NCBI RefSeq assembly: GCF_004010195.1
Contig: NC_057718.1
Location: 35,732,235 to 35,796,234 of the forward strand
Origin: Chiloscyllium plagiosum
Lineage: Eukaryota
Reading direction: 5' to 3'
Length of the DNA: 64,000 bases
Positions within the stretch are counted from its first letter, which is position 1. Every line of letters starts with the position of its first letter. The notes under the pieces are model-generated. The model saw nothing but the letters and a program-made list of their open reading frames with translations. It did no database searches and was not told the origin of the DNA. Position numbers and translations under genes: made by a program. Positions 25,395 to 38,655 of the stretch are shown one piece after another.

Positions 25395-26159
25395 GAGTAT
25401 CAAAAGGTAGCCTCCATGTGAAAGCAACATGAAAAACTTCCTTCAATGGGAGTCAGATTCAGATCATGGTACATTTTACACTAAATTAAAACAGTCTAAT
25501 ATTTCTTTTAAAAAATGAAGTCCAGATCTATCTTTCTACTGGTTCTACAGCATTCCACACACTCCTACAGTCATGCAGCAGACCAAATCCCCTCAAAATA
25601 TATTAAAATGATACCTTTAAAGTAAGAAAAAAAGGTGGAGGCTAAGTGTAAGGTGTTGCATATCAGATGCAACACGATTGGTCAAACTCCTTGACTTTAC
25701 ACAAATTACACTTGAGTTTTACAATACAGTTAAATTACAGACAAGAAAGAGAAAAGAATCGGCTTAACTGCGACTCTATCAAAATGTTTAACAAAATGAC
25801 ATACATAATTACTAATTAACTTATCCATTATAGTAACATCCTATAAACACACCCTTGGCAAAGGAAAATTCAGTAAATAATTTGTCTCAAATGCAGTTCT
25901 AGCAGCAGGAGGAGAACCCCAGCGTTTAGCTGTAACAGAGAGAAACAAGAGCTTCCACGCCCAGCAACTACAGAAAGCCGGAACTAAAAATCCTGGTTCT
26001 GTGGGAGCTTGACACCACCCATTCAGGCAGCTTCTATTGTTCCAAATTTTTAAAAAACTCCAAGGTCTCACGAGCTGTTTACTTTATTGACTTTCAGATG
26101 ACTGCTTCACACCTCTGCCTCAGACAATATACACCTCTTAAAGCCACAGTATCATCACA
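25395..26159 (-). mobile_element. Possible LTR-like interspersed repeat
   Basis: Minus strand begins TGTGATGATACTGTGGCTTTAAGAGG. The other end and a TSD were not found. Confidence 0.35.
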
Positions 26160-26579
26160 ATACCATCAAGCATTCTCGGTTAAAGAAGTGTCAGTCCTGT
26201 TCACTGGCTGAATAAGTCCACTTCATTTACAAAGGTATATACTTCACTTGGCATTGAATAATGATAGCAGTCCAAAATTATCCAGTGACAAAAGGAAGAA
26301 TATGGAAAAATTAAATTTGCATTATCACCAATTATTTTTCATCCATGCTGGTTCTAATTCTTCCAAAATTTGTTAGATTATTTATGATTTAATTTGAACT
26401 CTCATTTTAGCCCCCATTACTTTTATTCCTTCATTACTAAAGTTATATTAAACTAACTAGTAATAATAAGCACATATAAATTCTTAAGCAAAAATAAAAC
26501 CTCAGAAGCTTCTGTTGGGGGTAGAAACCTGTTTGCAGCAAATTCTCCATCTCCTAAACCTTACTCTTGAGAAAAATGG

Positions 26580-26935
26580 GTTAACTGCATTTATATAGCA
26601 GCTCTCACGTCCTTGAGATGAAGCGTAATACATAGTTCAGGAGTCAATGTGCATGCAAGATCCAACAAACAGTACATGAATTATCTGACAATCTATTACT
26701 TGTGGTCTTGTATGATAAATGCTAGCCATGGTGCTAGGATGACTCTCCCATGATTATTTAAGTAGTCCCATGGTATCTTTTGCATTCACCCAGGTTAGAA
26801 CCTCACTTAGTGTCTCACCCAAAAATGACACTTCACATAATCCAAAATTCCTTCAGTACTGCTTTGAAATTTGAGCCAAGCTAATATGAAAAAAGTCCTT
26901 CTGATATAAAAACAAGAGATTGCCACTGAGGCAAA
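26580..26935 (-). mobile_element. Ancient DeuSINE (SacSINE1/AmnSINE1-like) relic
   Basis: Plus strand gcatttatatagc...ccatggtatcttttgcattcacc...tagtgtctcacccaaaaatgacac...ccttcagtactgc resembles the reverse complement of the Deu domain. Confidence 0.6.
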
Positions 26936-27459
26936 GCTTTCAATTAAATTTTTCTAGTTACTTCTGCCCTCTTTAATGAGGTTATTTTTCACCTCGCTGG
27001 TAGTGTAGTAGGTATCATGCCTGCAATTTAAAAGATAACCTTAAAAACTGCACCATGCTGGAAACGTACAGTATGACTTGGTCAATACTGATCCTCATTT
27101 GAAATGTTATGAGGCTGTTCGGGATGAATCTTCAAGCATATTTGAAGTACCGTTGAGCTGGTATTACGACAATAAGTGAATGCTTGTGAATTACTGTCAA
27201 AGCAGACATCTGAAGTATCGAGATAAGTCCTCCATTCAAATGCACTTCCCAATGACAGTTGCTTCATGAGAAACTAACATAATTTGACAGACGTTAGACA
27301 AAAGCACAGGTAACAATTTCCAATGAATAAACCCAGGACAATAATCCAGGGCATCGAATCAGATAGAGAGAGAAAGCATATCAAACATTAACTTTATTTC
27401 TCTCTCCTCAGATACTGCCAGATATCAGAGTTCCTTCAACATTTTCCCTTTTCGGTTTT

Positions 27460-30400
27460 AGAACATAGAACAACACAGCGCAGAACAGGCCCTTCGGCCC
27501 TCGATGTAGCGCCGACCTGTGAACTATTCTCAGCTCGTCCCCCTACACTATCTCATCATCATCTATGTGCTTAACCAAGGATTGTTTAAATCTCCCTAAT
27601 GTGGCTGAGTTAACTACATTGGCAGGTAGGGCATTCCACGCCCTTACCACTCTCTGTGTAAAGAACCTGCCTCTGATGTCTGTCTTAAAACTATCACCCC
27701 TCAATTTATAGTTACGTCCCCTTGCACAAGCTGACGTCATCATCCTCGGAAAAAGACTTTCATTATCTACCCTATCTAATCCTCTGATCATCTTGTATGT
27801 CTCTATCAAATCCCCTCTTAGCCTTGTTCTTTCCAATGAGAACAGACCCAAGTCTCTCAGCCTTTCTTCATAAGACATTCCCTCCAGACCAGGCAACATC
27901 CTGGTAAATCTCCTCTGCACCTTTTCCAATGCTTCCACATCCTTCCAGAAATATGGCAAGCAGAACTGTACACAATATTCCAAGTGTGGCCGCACTAGCA
28001 TATTGTATAGTTTCAGCATGATATTGCGGCTCCGGAACTCAATCCCTCTACGAATGAAACCTAACACACCGTATGCCTTCTTAACAGCACTATCCACCTG
28101 GGTGGCAACTTTCAAGGATCTATGAACATGGACTCCAAGATCCCTCTGCACATCCAAACTACCAAGAATCTTTCCACTGACCAAGTACTCTGCCATCCTG
28201 TTATTCTTCCCAAAGTGCATCACCTCACATTTAGCTGCATTGAACTCCATTTGCCATGTCTCAGCCCAATTCTGCAGTTTATCTAAGTCCCGCTACAACC
28301 TGTAACATTCTTCCAAACTGTCCACTACTCCACCGACTTTAGTGTCATCCATCTACCTATGCCTGCGTCTGAGTAATTTATGAAAATGACAAACAGTAGC
28401 GGTGCCAAAACAGATCCTTGTGGCACATCACTAGTAACCGGACTCCAGGCTGAATATTTTCCATCAACCACTACACGCTGCCTTCTTTCAGAAAACCAGT
28501 TTCTAATTCAAACTACTAAATCACCCTCAATTCCATGTCTCTGCATTTTCTCCAACAGCCTACCATGTGGAACCTTACCAAAGGCTTTACTGAAGTCCAT
28601 GTATACCACGTCAACTGCCCTACCCTGATCTACATGCTTGGTCACCTTCTCAAAAAACTCAATGAGGTTTGTGAAACATGACCTGCCCTTGACGAAACCA
28701 TGCTGACTATCTGAAATCAAATTGTTGCTTGCTAGATGATTATAAATCTTATCTCTTATAATCCTTTCCAAAACCTTTCCTACAACAGAAGTAAGGCTCA
28801 CTGGTCTATAATTACCTGGGTCATCTCTACTGCCCTTCTTGAGCAATGCACATTTGCAATCCTCCAGTCCTCTGGTACTAAACCTGTAAAAAATGACAAC
28901 TCAAATATCAAAGTCAAAGGCTCTGCTATCTCCTCCCTAGCTTCCCAGAGAATCCTCAGATAAATCCCATCAGGCCCAGGGAACTTGTCTGCTTTCACTC
29001 CTTCTAGAATTGATGACACCTGTTCGTAACAAACCTCAATCCTTTCTAGTCTAATATCTCGTACCTCATTCTTCTCCTCTTAGATTAGATTAGATTCCTT
29101 ACAGTGTAGAAACAGGCCCTTTGGCCCAACAAGCCCACACCGACCCTCCAAAGAGTAACCCACTCAGTCCCATTTCCCTCTGTCTGATGTACCTAACACT
29201 ATGGGCAATTTAGCGCAGCCAATTCACCTGACCTGCACAGCTTTGGACTGTGGGAGGAAACCGGAGCACCCAGAAAAAACCCACCCATACGGGGAGAATG
29301 TGCAAACTCCACACAGACAGTCGCCCAAGGCTGAAATTGAACCTGGGGCCCTGGTGCTGTGAGGCAGCAGTGCTAACCACTGAGCCACCGTGCGTGCCCG
29401 CCTCTACAATACTTTCCTCTTCCTGAGTGAAAACCGATGAGAAATGTTCGTTTAGCACCTCTCCGATCTCCACAGGGTCCACACTCAACTTCCCACTTCT
29501 GTCTTTGACTGGCCCTATTGCTACCCTAGTCATTCTTTTATTCCTCACATACCTATAGAAAGCTTGAGGATTCTCCTTTATTCTATTTGCTAAAGACTGC
29601 TCGTGTCCTCTCTTTGCTCTTAACTCTCTCTTTAAATCCTTCCTAGCTGATCTGTAACTCTCCATCGCCTCATCTGAACCATCTTGCCTCATCAACATAC
29701 AAGCCTCCTTCTTCTGTTTAACAAGAGGTGCAATTTCTGTAGTAAACCACGGTTCCCTTACCTTATCACTTCCTACCGGCCTGACAGGGATATATCTATC
29801 AAGGACACGCAATATCTGTTCCTTAAACCAGCCCCACATTTCCAATGTCTGCATCCCCTGCATTTTGCTACCCCATTCTATGCATCCTAATTCTTGCCTT
29901 ATCGCATTATAATTGCCCTTGCCCCATCGATAATTCTTGACCTGTGGCATGTACCTATCCCTTTCCATCGCTAAATTAAACTTAACTGAATTATGGTCAC
30001 TCTCTCCAAAGTGTTCACCTACAACTAAATCAAACATCTGGCCTGGTTCATTACCAAGCACCAGATCCAGTGTGGCCTCTCCTCTTGTCGGCCCGTCTAC
30101 ACATTGTGTCAGGAAACCCTCCTGTACACATTGGACAAAAACTGATCCATCGACGTACTAGATTTATAGCATTTCCAGTCAATGTTGGGGAAGTTAAAGT
30201 CCCCCATAATGACCACCCTGTTTCTTTCACTCCTACCCAGAATGGTTCTGCCAATCCTCTCTTCCACCTCCCTGCAACTCTGCGGAGGCCTATAAAAAAA
30301 CTCCAAGCAGTGTGACCTCTCCTCTCCTGTTTCTAACCTCAGCCCACGCCACCTCAGTTGACAAGTCCTCGTCAAAAGTTCTCTCAGCTACCATTATACT

Positions 30401-31186
30401 ATGCTTGACTAACAAGGCCACACCTCCCCCTCTTTTACTCCTTGCCTGTTCTTAATAAAACCTCTAAACCCTGGAACCTGCAACATCCATTCCTAACCTT
30501 GGTCTATCCATGTCTCTGAAATGGCCACAACATCGAAGTCCCAGGTACCTATCCATGCTGCAAGCTCACCTACCTTATTTCGGATACTTCTGGCGTTGAA
30601 GTAGACACATTTCAAACCAGTTTGCTGTCTACCAGCACATTCCTGTGACCCTGAAATCCTGTCCGTGTCCTCCCTACTCTCATCCTCCTGTGCAGTGCAA
30701 CTACACCTCAGGTTCCCATCCCCCTGCTGAGCTATTTTAAACCCACCCGAATAGCACCAGCAAATTTCCCACCCAGGATATTAGTACCCCTCTGGTTCAA
30801 ATGAAGACCGCCCTGTTTGTACAGGTCCCACCTTCCCCATAATGAGCCCCAATTATCCAAGTACCTGAAACCCTCCCTCCTGCACCATCCTTGCAACCTT
30901 GTGTTTAGCTGATATCTCTCCCTATTCCTTGCCTCGCTATCACGTGGCATAGGTAACAAACCAGAGATAATAACTCTGTTTGTTCTAGCTCTCAGCTTCC
31001 ACCCTAGCTCCCTGAAATCCTGCATTACATCCCTATCCCTCTTTCTACCTATGTCGTTGGCTCCTACATGGACCACGACTTGAGGCTGGTCACCCTCTCC
31101 CTTCAGGACCCCAAAGATACGATCTGAGACATCACGGACCCTGGCACCTGGGAGGCAACACACAGTGAGTCTCGTCCGTTCCCAAC
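27460..31186 (-). mobile_element. Long CR1 LINE (ORF1 esterase, ORF2 APE-RT, 3' tail), disabled, inserted into a Penelope-like repeat
   Basis: ORF1: VCCLPGARV..VVVHVGANDIG..GLHLN (SGNH/GDSL-like). ORF2: MGDFNFP, ESDHNSV, YMDFSKAF, RPHLEYCVQF. Tail ttctatgttct. Flanks 27370-27459 and 31187-31220 join into one repeat. Confidence 0.92.
29081..29400 (-). mobile_element. HE1-type SINE nested in CR1
   Basis: Full head and (aatct)n tail. CCTCT is duplicated at 29076-29080 and 29401-29405. Confidence 0.88.
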
Positions 31187-31310
31187 AAAGTTTCAGCATC
31201 TGAAGCAGTTTGCTTTTTTTGGAGAAATCTGTTGTTGCAGGAAGAAAGAGAAGCTCTTGCCCATGGGTCTGAGACGTTTTTCACTGATATCTGGTTTAAG
31301 AATGCATCTT

Positions 31311-31641
31311 TTAGATTAGATTCCCTACAGTGTGGAAACAGGCCCTTCAGTGCAATAAATCCACACCGACCCTCCGAAGAGTAACCCACCCAGACCTATT
31401 CCTCTACCCTATATTTACCCCTGACTAATGCACCTAACACTACGGGCAATTTAGCTTGGCCAATTCATCTGACCTGCACATCTTTGGATTGAGAGAGGAA
31501 ACCAGAACACCCAGATGAAACTCACGCAGACATGGGGAGAATGTGCAAACTCCACACAGACAGTCGCCCGAGGTGGGAATCAAACCCGAGTCCCTGACGC
31601 TGTGAGGCAGCGGTGCTAACCACAAAGCCACTATGCTGTCC
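31311..31641 (-). mobile_element. HE1-type SINE
   Basis: Same family as 6134-6471. Confidence 0.85.
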
Positions 31642-31762
31642 ACTAATAGAGGGAAAGAAAAGAGCTCCGGGATGCACAAGAACCACAGGAGCATTCCTAG
31701 GCAATTAAATAGCAGTGCAATAGAACTGGAAAACAAATATTGTAGATTGTGAGATAGAAGAG

Positions 31763-31888
31763 GAGAAAGTGAGGGCTGCAGATGCTGGAGATCAGAGCTG
31801 AAAATGTGTTGCTGGAAAAGCGCAGCAGGTCAGGCAGCATCCAAGGAACAGGAGAATCGACGTTTCGGGCATAAGCCCTTCTTCAGGA
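31763..31888 (-). mobile_element. Penelope-like terminal repeat (family A), 126 bp with 9-bp TSD
   Basis: ATAGAAGAG at 31754-31762 and 31889-31897. Confidence 0.8.
31859..31886 (-). ncRNA. Minimal hammerhead ribozyme core, sense to the MTA3 pre-mRNA
   Basis: CTGAAGA-A-GGGC-ttat-GCCC-GAAA-CGTC. Stem I is weak in this context. Confidence 0.65.
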
Positions 31889-32079
31889 ATAGAAGAGCCC
31901 ATTAAAAATAAGGTCAACCAATTTAGTAAATATTCAGTTAATTTCAATGAATTTAGTTACCATGGATTGAGAATAAAGAAGTAACAATCTAAGAATTGAA
32001 TCATTCGGCAATATGAAACTGTGGTAAATCCATCAAACTAACTGCAATTTAGCTATCTAACTGCAATTTTGCAACTTGT

Positions 32080-32397
32080 TCTTATTCACTCAGTGGATAA
32101 AGACTTCGCTAGCTAGGCAAACATTTATTGCCCAGAGGATAGTTTAAGAATCAACCACAGTGCTGTGGGTCTGGAGTCACATGTAGACCAGACCAGATGT
32201 GGATGACAGTGTCTTTCCCTGAAGAATATTAGTGAGCAAGATAGATTTTCCAACAATTGACAAAGGATTCATTGTCATCATTAGACTCTTAATTCCAGAT
32301 TTTAAAAAAAGAATTCAAATTCCACCATCTGCCAGAACATTAACTGGGTCTCTGGATTAACAGTTCAGAGATAAAACCACTAAGCCATTGCCTCCCC
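32080..32397 (-). mobile_element. tRNA-derived SINE (third family, related partial copy at about 41460-41725)
   Basis: Minus strand starts gggaggcaatggcttagtggt. The body gaatcaaccac..gggtctggagtcacatgtag is shared with 41540-41585. Confidence 0.65.
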
Positions 32398-32864
32398 ATG
32401 AGCTATTGAAGAGCTATTTTGAAAATCATTATCCTCTTATAGTTTCTCAAACTGTTAGCCTAGCAGCTTTGATAACAATGTTGAGCCAGAAGCTCAGTCA
32501 TTTGCGAGAGCTTCAAAACAGTCAAAGAGGTGGGTGAGCTTCTTGTTATTGGGCCATAGCTGGTGCGTGTCATAAGAGGAACTGTACACTGTTTTGAATG
32601 TAAAATATTTTGTTATGAATGCAAATTTAAATATACAACTTTACAACATACATTTGTTGCAAAATCTGGACAACATCCAGGCTTGGACTAACAAGTGGGA
32701 AATACCATTCATACCACACAAATGCCACATGATGACCATCTATAACAACACAGAATCTAACAATCACTCCTTGATTTTCAATGGCATTACCATTGCTGAA
32801 TCCCCCACTGTCAACATTTTGGATGTTGCCAGTGACCAGAAACTAAACTGGACCTGCCATATGT

Positions 32865-32960
32865 GGGCGGCACGGTAGCACAGTGGTTAGCACTGCTGCT
32901 TCACTTGGGCCGAAGGGCCTGTTTCCACACTGTAAGTAATCTAATCTAATCTAATCTAAT
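32865..32960 (+). mobile_element. Internally deleted HE1-type SINE
   Basis: Head gggcggcacggtagcacagtggttagcactgctgc is fused directly to the tail gggccgaagggcctgtttcc..(aatct)n. Confidence 0.8.
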
Positions 32961-33289
32961 ATAAATACTGTGGTCACAAGAGCAGGTCAAGAGCTAGGAA
33001 TGCTAAAGTGTGTAACTCACCATCAGTTTGTCCAATGCCTGCCCATCAATAAAGCACACAAGTCAGGAGTGAAGTGGAACTGTCCACTTACTTGGGTGAG
33101 TACAGCTTCAACAACCAAAGAAACTGGACATCTTCTATAGGATGTTAAACTTGAGATGGTGCAGAAAAAAACTACAAGGATATTGCCGGGACAAGAGAGT
33201 TTGAATTATAAAGAGAAACTTAATAGGCCAGGGCTTTTTTTTTCTCGGGAGCGCTGTAGGCTGAGGGGCGACCTTATAAAGAACTGCAA

Positions 33290-34250
33290 AACAGATGGAT
33301 ACAAAATTGGCTTAGTCATAAGAGACTGAGGGTAGCAGTGAAAGGATGCTTTTCAGAATGGAGTGCTGTGATCAGTGGTGTTCCACAAGGATCAATGCTG
33401 GGTCCTCTGCTGTTTGTAGTCTATATAAATGATTTGGAGGAAATTGTAGCTAGTCTAATTAGTAAGTTTGTGGTGATACAAAGATTGAAGGTGTTGCTGA
33501 CAATGAGGAGGACTGTCAAAGAATACAGCAGGACATAGATCAGTTGGAGGCATGGGCAGAAAAATAGCAGATGCAGTTCAATCTGGACAAATGTGAGATG
33601 ATGCATTTTCGAAGGTCAAGTACAGGTGGAAATTATTCAGTGAATGGCAGAACCCTTAGGAGTACTGATATGCAAAGTGATCTGGGTGTGCAGGTCCACA
33701 GATCACTGAAGGTGGCAGCACAGGTAGATAAGGTTGTAAAAGAAGACCAATGGCATGCTTGCCATCATTGGAAGGGTCATTGAGTATAAGGATAGGCAAG
33801 TTATGCTGCAGCTTTATAGAACTTTACACTACATTATACTACATTATTATATTACATTACAGTGTGGAAACAGGCCCTTCGGCCCAACAAGTCCACACCG
33901 ACCGCCGAAGCGCAATCCACCCATACCCCTACATTTACCCCTTACCTAACACTAGGGGCAATTTAGCATGGCCAATTCACCTGACCTGCACATCTTTGTG
34001 ACTGTGGGAGGAAACCGGAGCACCCGGAGGAAACCCACGCAGACACGGGGAGAACGTGCAAACTCCACACAGTCAGTCGCCTGAGGCGGGAATTGAACCC
34101 AGGTCTCTGGCGCTGTGAGGCAGCAATGCTAACCATTTGGAATATTGTGTACAGATATGGTGACCACAGTACCAGAAGGATATGGATGTTTTGAAGAGGG
34201 TACAGAACAGGTTTACCAGGATGTTGCCTGGTATGGTGGATTTTAGCCAT
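33290..34250 (+). mobile_element. CR1 RT fragment with a nested minus-strand HE1-type SINE (about 33824-34135)
   Basis: SGVPQGSMLGPLLFVVYINDL and QFNLDKCEMMHF. The SINE has an (aatgt)n tail. Confidence 0.85.
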
Positions 34251-34678
34251 CTATATCTTCTGGAACATAGACATTTAATAAAATTCAGCTTGCTTTAATT
34301 CCATCATGAACGGAATAGTAATGGTATCATGAGGGCAAAGGAGGCTATCATTTGACCCATCAAACCCACATCGGCTCTCTATAGACAACCCCCTATCATT
34401 ACAAGTTCTCATTCAATTTATTTTTGGAATCGTTTATTGTCTCCACTTCCAGTAACTCATAAGCAACACGCTTCAGGCCATTACCGTATGGAAGTAAAAT
34501 ATTGCAGGTAGTGGAAATCTGAAATAAAATCAGAAAATGCTGCAAAATCCCAACAGACTGCGCAGCATTTGTGAAGAAATAAAAAAAGTTGATGTTTTGA
34601 AAAATGAGAAGTCACATCAGACTCTTTTTTTTCAAATTATTCAAGTGGTGTGGTTATCACTGGCTGGGCCAGTACATA

Positions 34679-34878
34679 CAGGCAAACCCTAGGTTGCGAA
34701 CAGGTTCCATTCTTGATCATGTTCACAAGCCAATTTGTATGCAAGTCGGAACACAGTACAGGAGGAACATAAAATAGCCGTTTGTAAATATGAGGAAATG
34801 TCTGCATGTCGGATCTTTATAATTAATACTGTCACACCCCTCTGTGGGATCAGATGTTCGTAAGTCAGGGATTGCCTA
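34679..34878. mobile_element. Tc1/mariner-pogo (Tigger-like) MITE, 200 bp
   Basis: TA target duplication on both sides. Imperfect 24-bp TIRs CAGGCAAACCCTAGGTTGCGAACA and (reverse complement) TAGGCAATCCCTGACTTACGAACA. Interrupts a repeat tail. Confidence 0.75.
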
Positions 34879-36737
34879 TATTGCCCATCCCTAGTTGCCG
34901 CTTACCACACTCTCTCAAGGGTAACTAGGGATGGGCAATAAATGCTGATCCAGCCAGCAATATCCATTTCGCATTGACAAATAAAAAGAAAATCTGACTC
35001 TTCTTTCCATCTTGCACCCTCCTTGCATCTCTTGCCTAAAATGCTAAATCTTTGTTCACATGCTCTCATTCACTGGCAAGCACAAAATATTGTATATCTC
35101 TATCAAATTTATCAACCTCCATTATTCCCAGTTTCTCCATAATACCATTTAGTCTATTTTGCCTCTCCCTATTCTAAGTGCATCACCTCAGTTCTCTGTA
35201 CTAAATTCCATCTGTAATTTCTCTGTATATTCTACTAGCATATCTCAAATTGCATCCTTATTTTTTACCTCCAAGTTTGATACCATTGGCAAATATGTTA
35301 TTCAATTCTAATGCTAAGTTATATATAAACATCAAAAGAAAACAATGGCCTGAGAAGTGAACAATGGGAAACATTTCCATTCAACTGAAAAAAATTAACA
35401 ATCACTACCTTTATGCCTTTAATTAAAATCCAAAGTGGCACCTGCCTTCCTATCCCAGAAGCTTCAATGTTGTTAAATAGCCTTTCATTAAGTACTTTTC
35501 TAAATATTAAGGAAGAGGTTGCTGACAATCTATAAACAGAAGCAGAATTACCAGCATGAAACATAATACAATGAATAGGAAAGGCTGATTATGCTTAGAG
35601 TACATAAGCCTGTTCTGGGTGGCTGCATCCCCAATTGCTAAGGAGAATGGGAGTGAAACTGGTGGAAGGATTTGCTGTAATCTTCCAATCTTGCCTGGAC
35701 ATAAGCAGCTGTGAGAGGATTGGACAGTGGCAAATGAAACATGAGACACCCCTTTATAAGAAAGGTTGTAAGGGCATCTGTAGAAGCCACATACCAGTCA
35801 GTCTAACAGCAGTGATGGTATAGTTTAGGCACAAAATCTATGGAGAAAACAAATCAACATGCACTTTGAGCAGGTTCAAGTTCATTGAGGACAGCCAGCA
35901 CAGATTGTAAAACAGAGACGATGCTTTGTGAATCTAATTGAATTTTCTGATAAAATACAAGGAAAATGAATGAAGAAAACTTAAGAGATGTTGTCCACAT
36001 GAAATAAAATTATAACCCAAAATTTCACTTATTCATGACTTGTGTTGGAAACTAAAAATGCTATCTCGCTCACATATTGTTTTAAGGACATATCCAAAAT
36101 GACAGAAGGCCTTTTCAGCTCAGAAGATCGGATCCAAAACATGGGCCCAGATCTTCCTGTCTGTAGATAGTTAGAAACTAGATGAATTGACAGATGCAGG
36201 ACAGCTCTTAGAAACCTTGGCACACTGACTACACGATAATTGGATGGTGAATTGAAGCTTCTGATGTGTAATTACTCAGTGTCTGTAACTCTCTGAAAAA
36301 AAATCACCAAATGATTTAGAGTCAGGGATTTCAAAGGCTTCTGACATCTCCACCTGGATAGTTACCGAAAGGGATTGAAACCTGCAGTAACTTCTCCCCT
36401 ACAAAGCCAAGTCTTCCAGCTCCTCACACACCCTGTCCCCTCATCTAAAACCACACCATTCCATCCCCTCACACAAGCACATCACTTTATTCCCTCATCC
36501 ACCCACTGCTACTTCATCCTTTCAAGCACTTGGCTCACATACCTTCTCTCTGTAACTTGTTGAGGTGCCCTTGGACATTTAAATTCTGAATCACAGCAGT
36601 TACTGCGGTAAAAGGGGTGTGTTTTGGCTTCTAGCATCAAGCTCTAGAGAGACCAGAGTTGAAAGCTCAGGACAGAAATGCAGAGGAATTCTCATACCGA
36701 CATATCAATTCTCTTTTCAAAATGGGTTTAGCTTAGT

Positions 36738-38655
36738 AGAGTCATAAAGATATACAGCACAGAAATAGACCCTTCGGTCCAACCTGTCCATGCCAACCAG
36801 ATATCCCAACCCAATCTAGTCCCACCTGCCAGCACCTGGCCCATATCCCTCCAAACCCTTTCTATTCATATACCCATCCAAATGCCTCTTAAATGTTGCA
36901 ATTGTACCAGCCTCCACCACTCCCTCTGGCAGCTCATTCCATACACGTACCACCCTCTGAGTGAAAACGTTGCCCCTTAGGTCTCTTTTATATCTTTCCC
37001 CTCTCACCCTAAACCTATGCTCTCCGGTTCTGGACTCCCCCACCCCAGGGAAAAGACTTTGTCTATTTATCCCATCAATGCCCCTCATGATTTTGTAAAC
37101 CTCTATAAGGTCACCCCTCAGCCTCCAACGCTCCAAGGAAAAAGTGGCCTAACCAATGTCCTGTGCAGCCGCAACATGACCTCCCAACTCCTGTACTCAA
37201 TACTCTGACCAATAAAGAAAAGCATACCAAATGCCTTCTTCACTATCCTATCTGCCTGTGACTCCACTTTCAAGGAGCTATGAACCTGCACACCAAGATC
37301 TCTTTGTTCAGCAACACTGAACCATTAAATGTATAAGTCCTGCTAAGATTTGCTTTCTCAAAATGCAGCACCTCGCATTTATCTAAATTAAACTCCATCT
37401 GCCACTTCTCAGCCCATTAGCCCATCTGATCAAGATCCCGTTGTAATCAGAGAAAACCTTCTTGGCTGTCCACTACACCTCCAATTTTGGTGTCATCTAC
37501 AAACTTATTAACTATTCCTCTTATGCTCACAACCAAATCATTTATATAAATGACGAAAAGTATTGGACTCAGCACCGATCCTTGTGGCACTCCACTGGTC
37601 ACAGGCCTCCAGTCTGAAAAACAACCTTACACCACTACCCTCTTGCTTCTACCTTTGAGCCAGTTCTGTATCCAAATGGCTAGTTCTCCCTGTATTCCAT
37701 GAGATCTAACCTTACTAACCAGTCTCCCATGGAGAACCTTGTTGAATGCCTTACTGAAGCCCATATAAATCACGTCCACCGTTCTGTCCCCATCAATCCT
37801 CTTTGTTACTTCTTCAAAAAATTCAATCAAGTTTGTGAGACATGATTTCCCACGCATAAAGCCATGTTGACTATCTCTAATCAGTCCTTGCCTTTCCAAA
37901 TACATGTACATCCTGTCCCTCAGGATTCCCTCCAACAACTTGCACACCACAGACATCAGACTGGTCTATAGTTCCCTGGCTTGTTCTTTCCATCTTTCTT
38001 AAACATGGCACCACGTTAGCCACCCTCCAGTCTTCTGGCACCTCACCTATGACTATTGATGATACAAATATCTCAGTAAGAGGCCCAGCAATCACCTCCC
38101 TAGCTTCACACAGAATACTAGGGAACACCTGATCAGGTCCTGGGGATTTATCCATGTTTACACATTTCAAGACGTCCAGAACTTTCCTCCTCTGTAATAT
38201 GGACAGTTTCCAAGATGTCACCCTCGATTTCTCTACATTTTATATGTTCCATGTCCTCTGCCACAGGAAATACTGATGCAAAATACTCGTTGAGTATCTC
38301 CCCCATTTTCTGCAACTCCATTCAAAAGCCGCCTTGCTGATCTTTGAGGGGTCCTATTCTCTCCCTAGTTACCTTTTTGTCCCTACTGCATTTGTAGAAA
38401 CTCTCTGGATTCTGCTTAACTCTATTTGCCAAAGGTATCTCATGTCCCCTTTTTACCTTCCTGATGTCCCTCTTAAGTATACTCCTACTTCCTTTATACT
38501 CTTCTCAGGAATCACTCCATCTATCCTGTCTATACCTGACACATGCTTCCTTCTTTTTCTTAACCAAAATCTCAATTTCTTTAGTCATCCAGCATTCCCT
38601 ATACCTACCAACCTTTCCTTTCACCCTAACAGGAATATACTTTCTCTGGACTCTT
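36738..38655 (-). mobile_element. CR1 LINE, 5'-truncated
   Basis: RT fragments (QHGFMRGKSCLTNL, RGDLIEVYKIMRG) plus a 3' tail. Confidence 0.9.

Noticed and set aside
27543..31199. Active LINE or domesticated esterase/RT gene
   Set aside because: ORF2 has frameshifts, a deletion in the RT core and a SINE insertion, and ORF1 is 5'-truncated.
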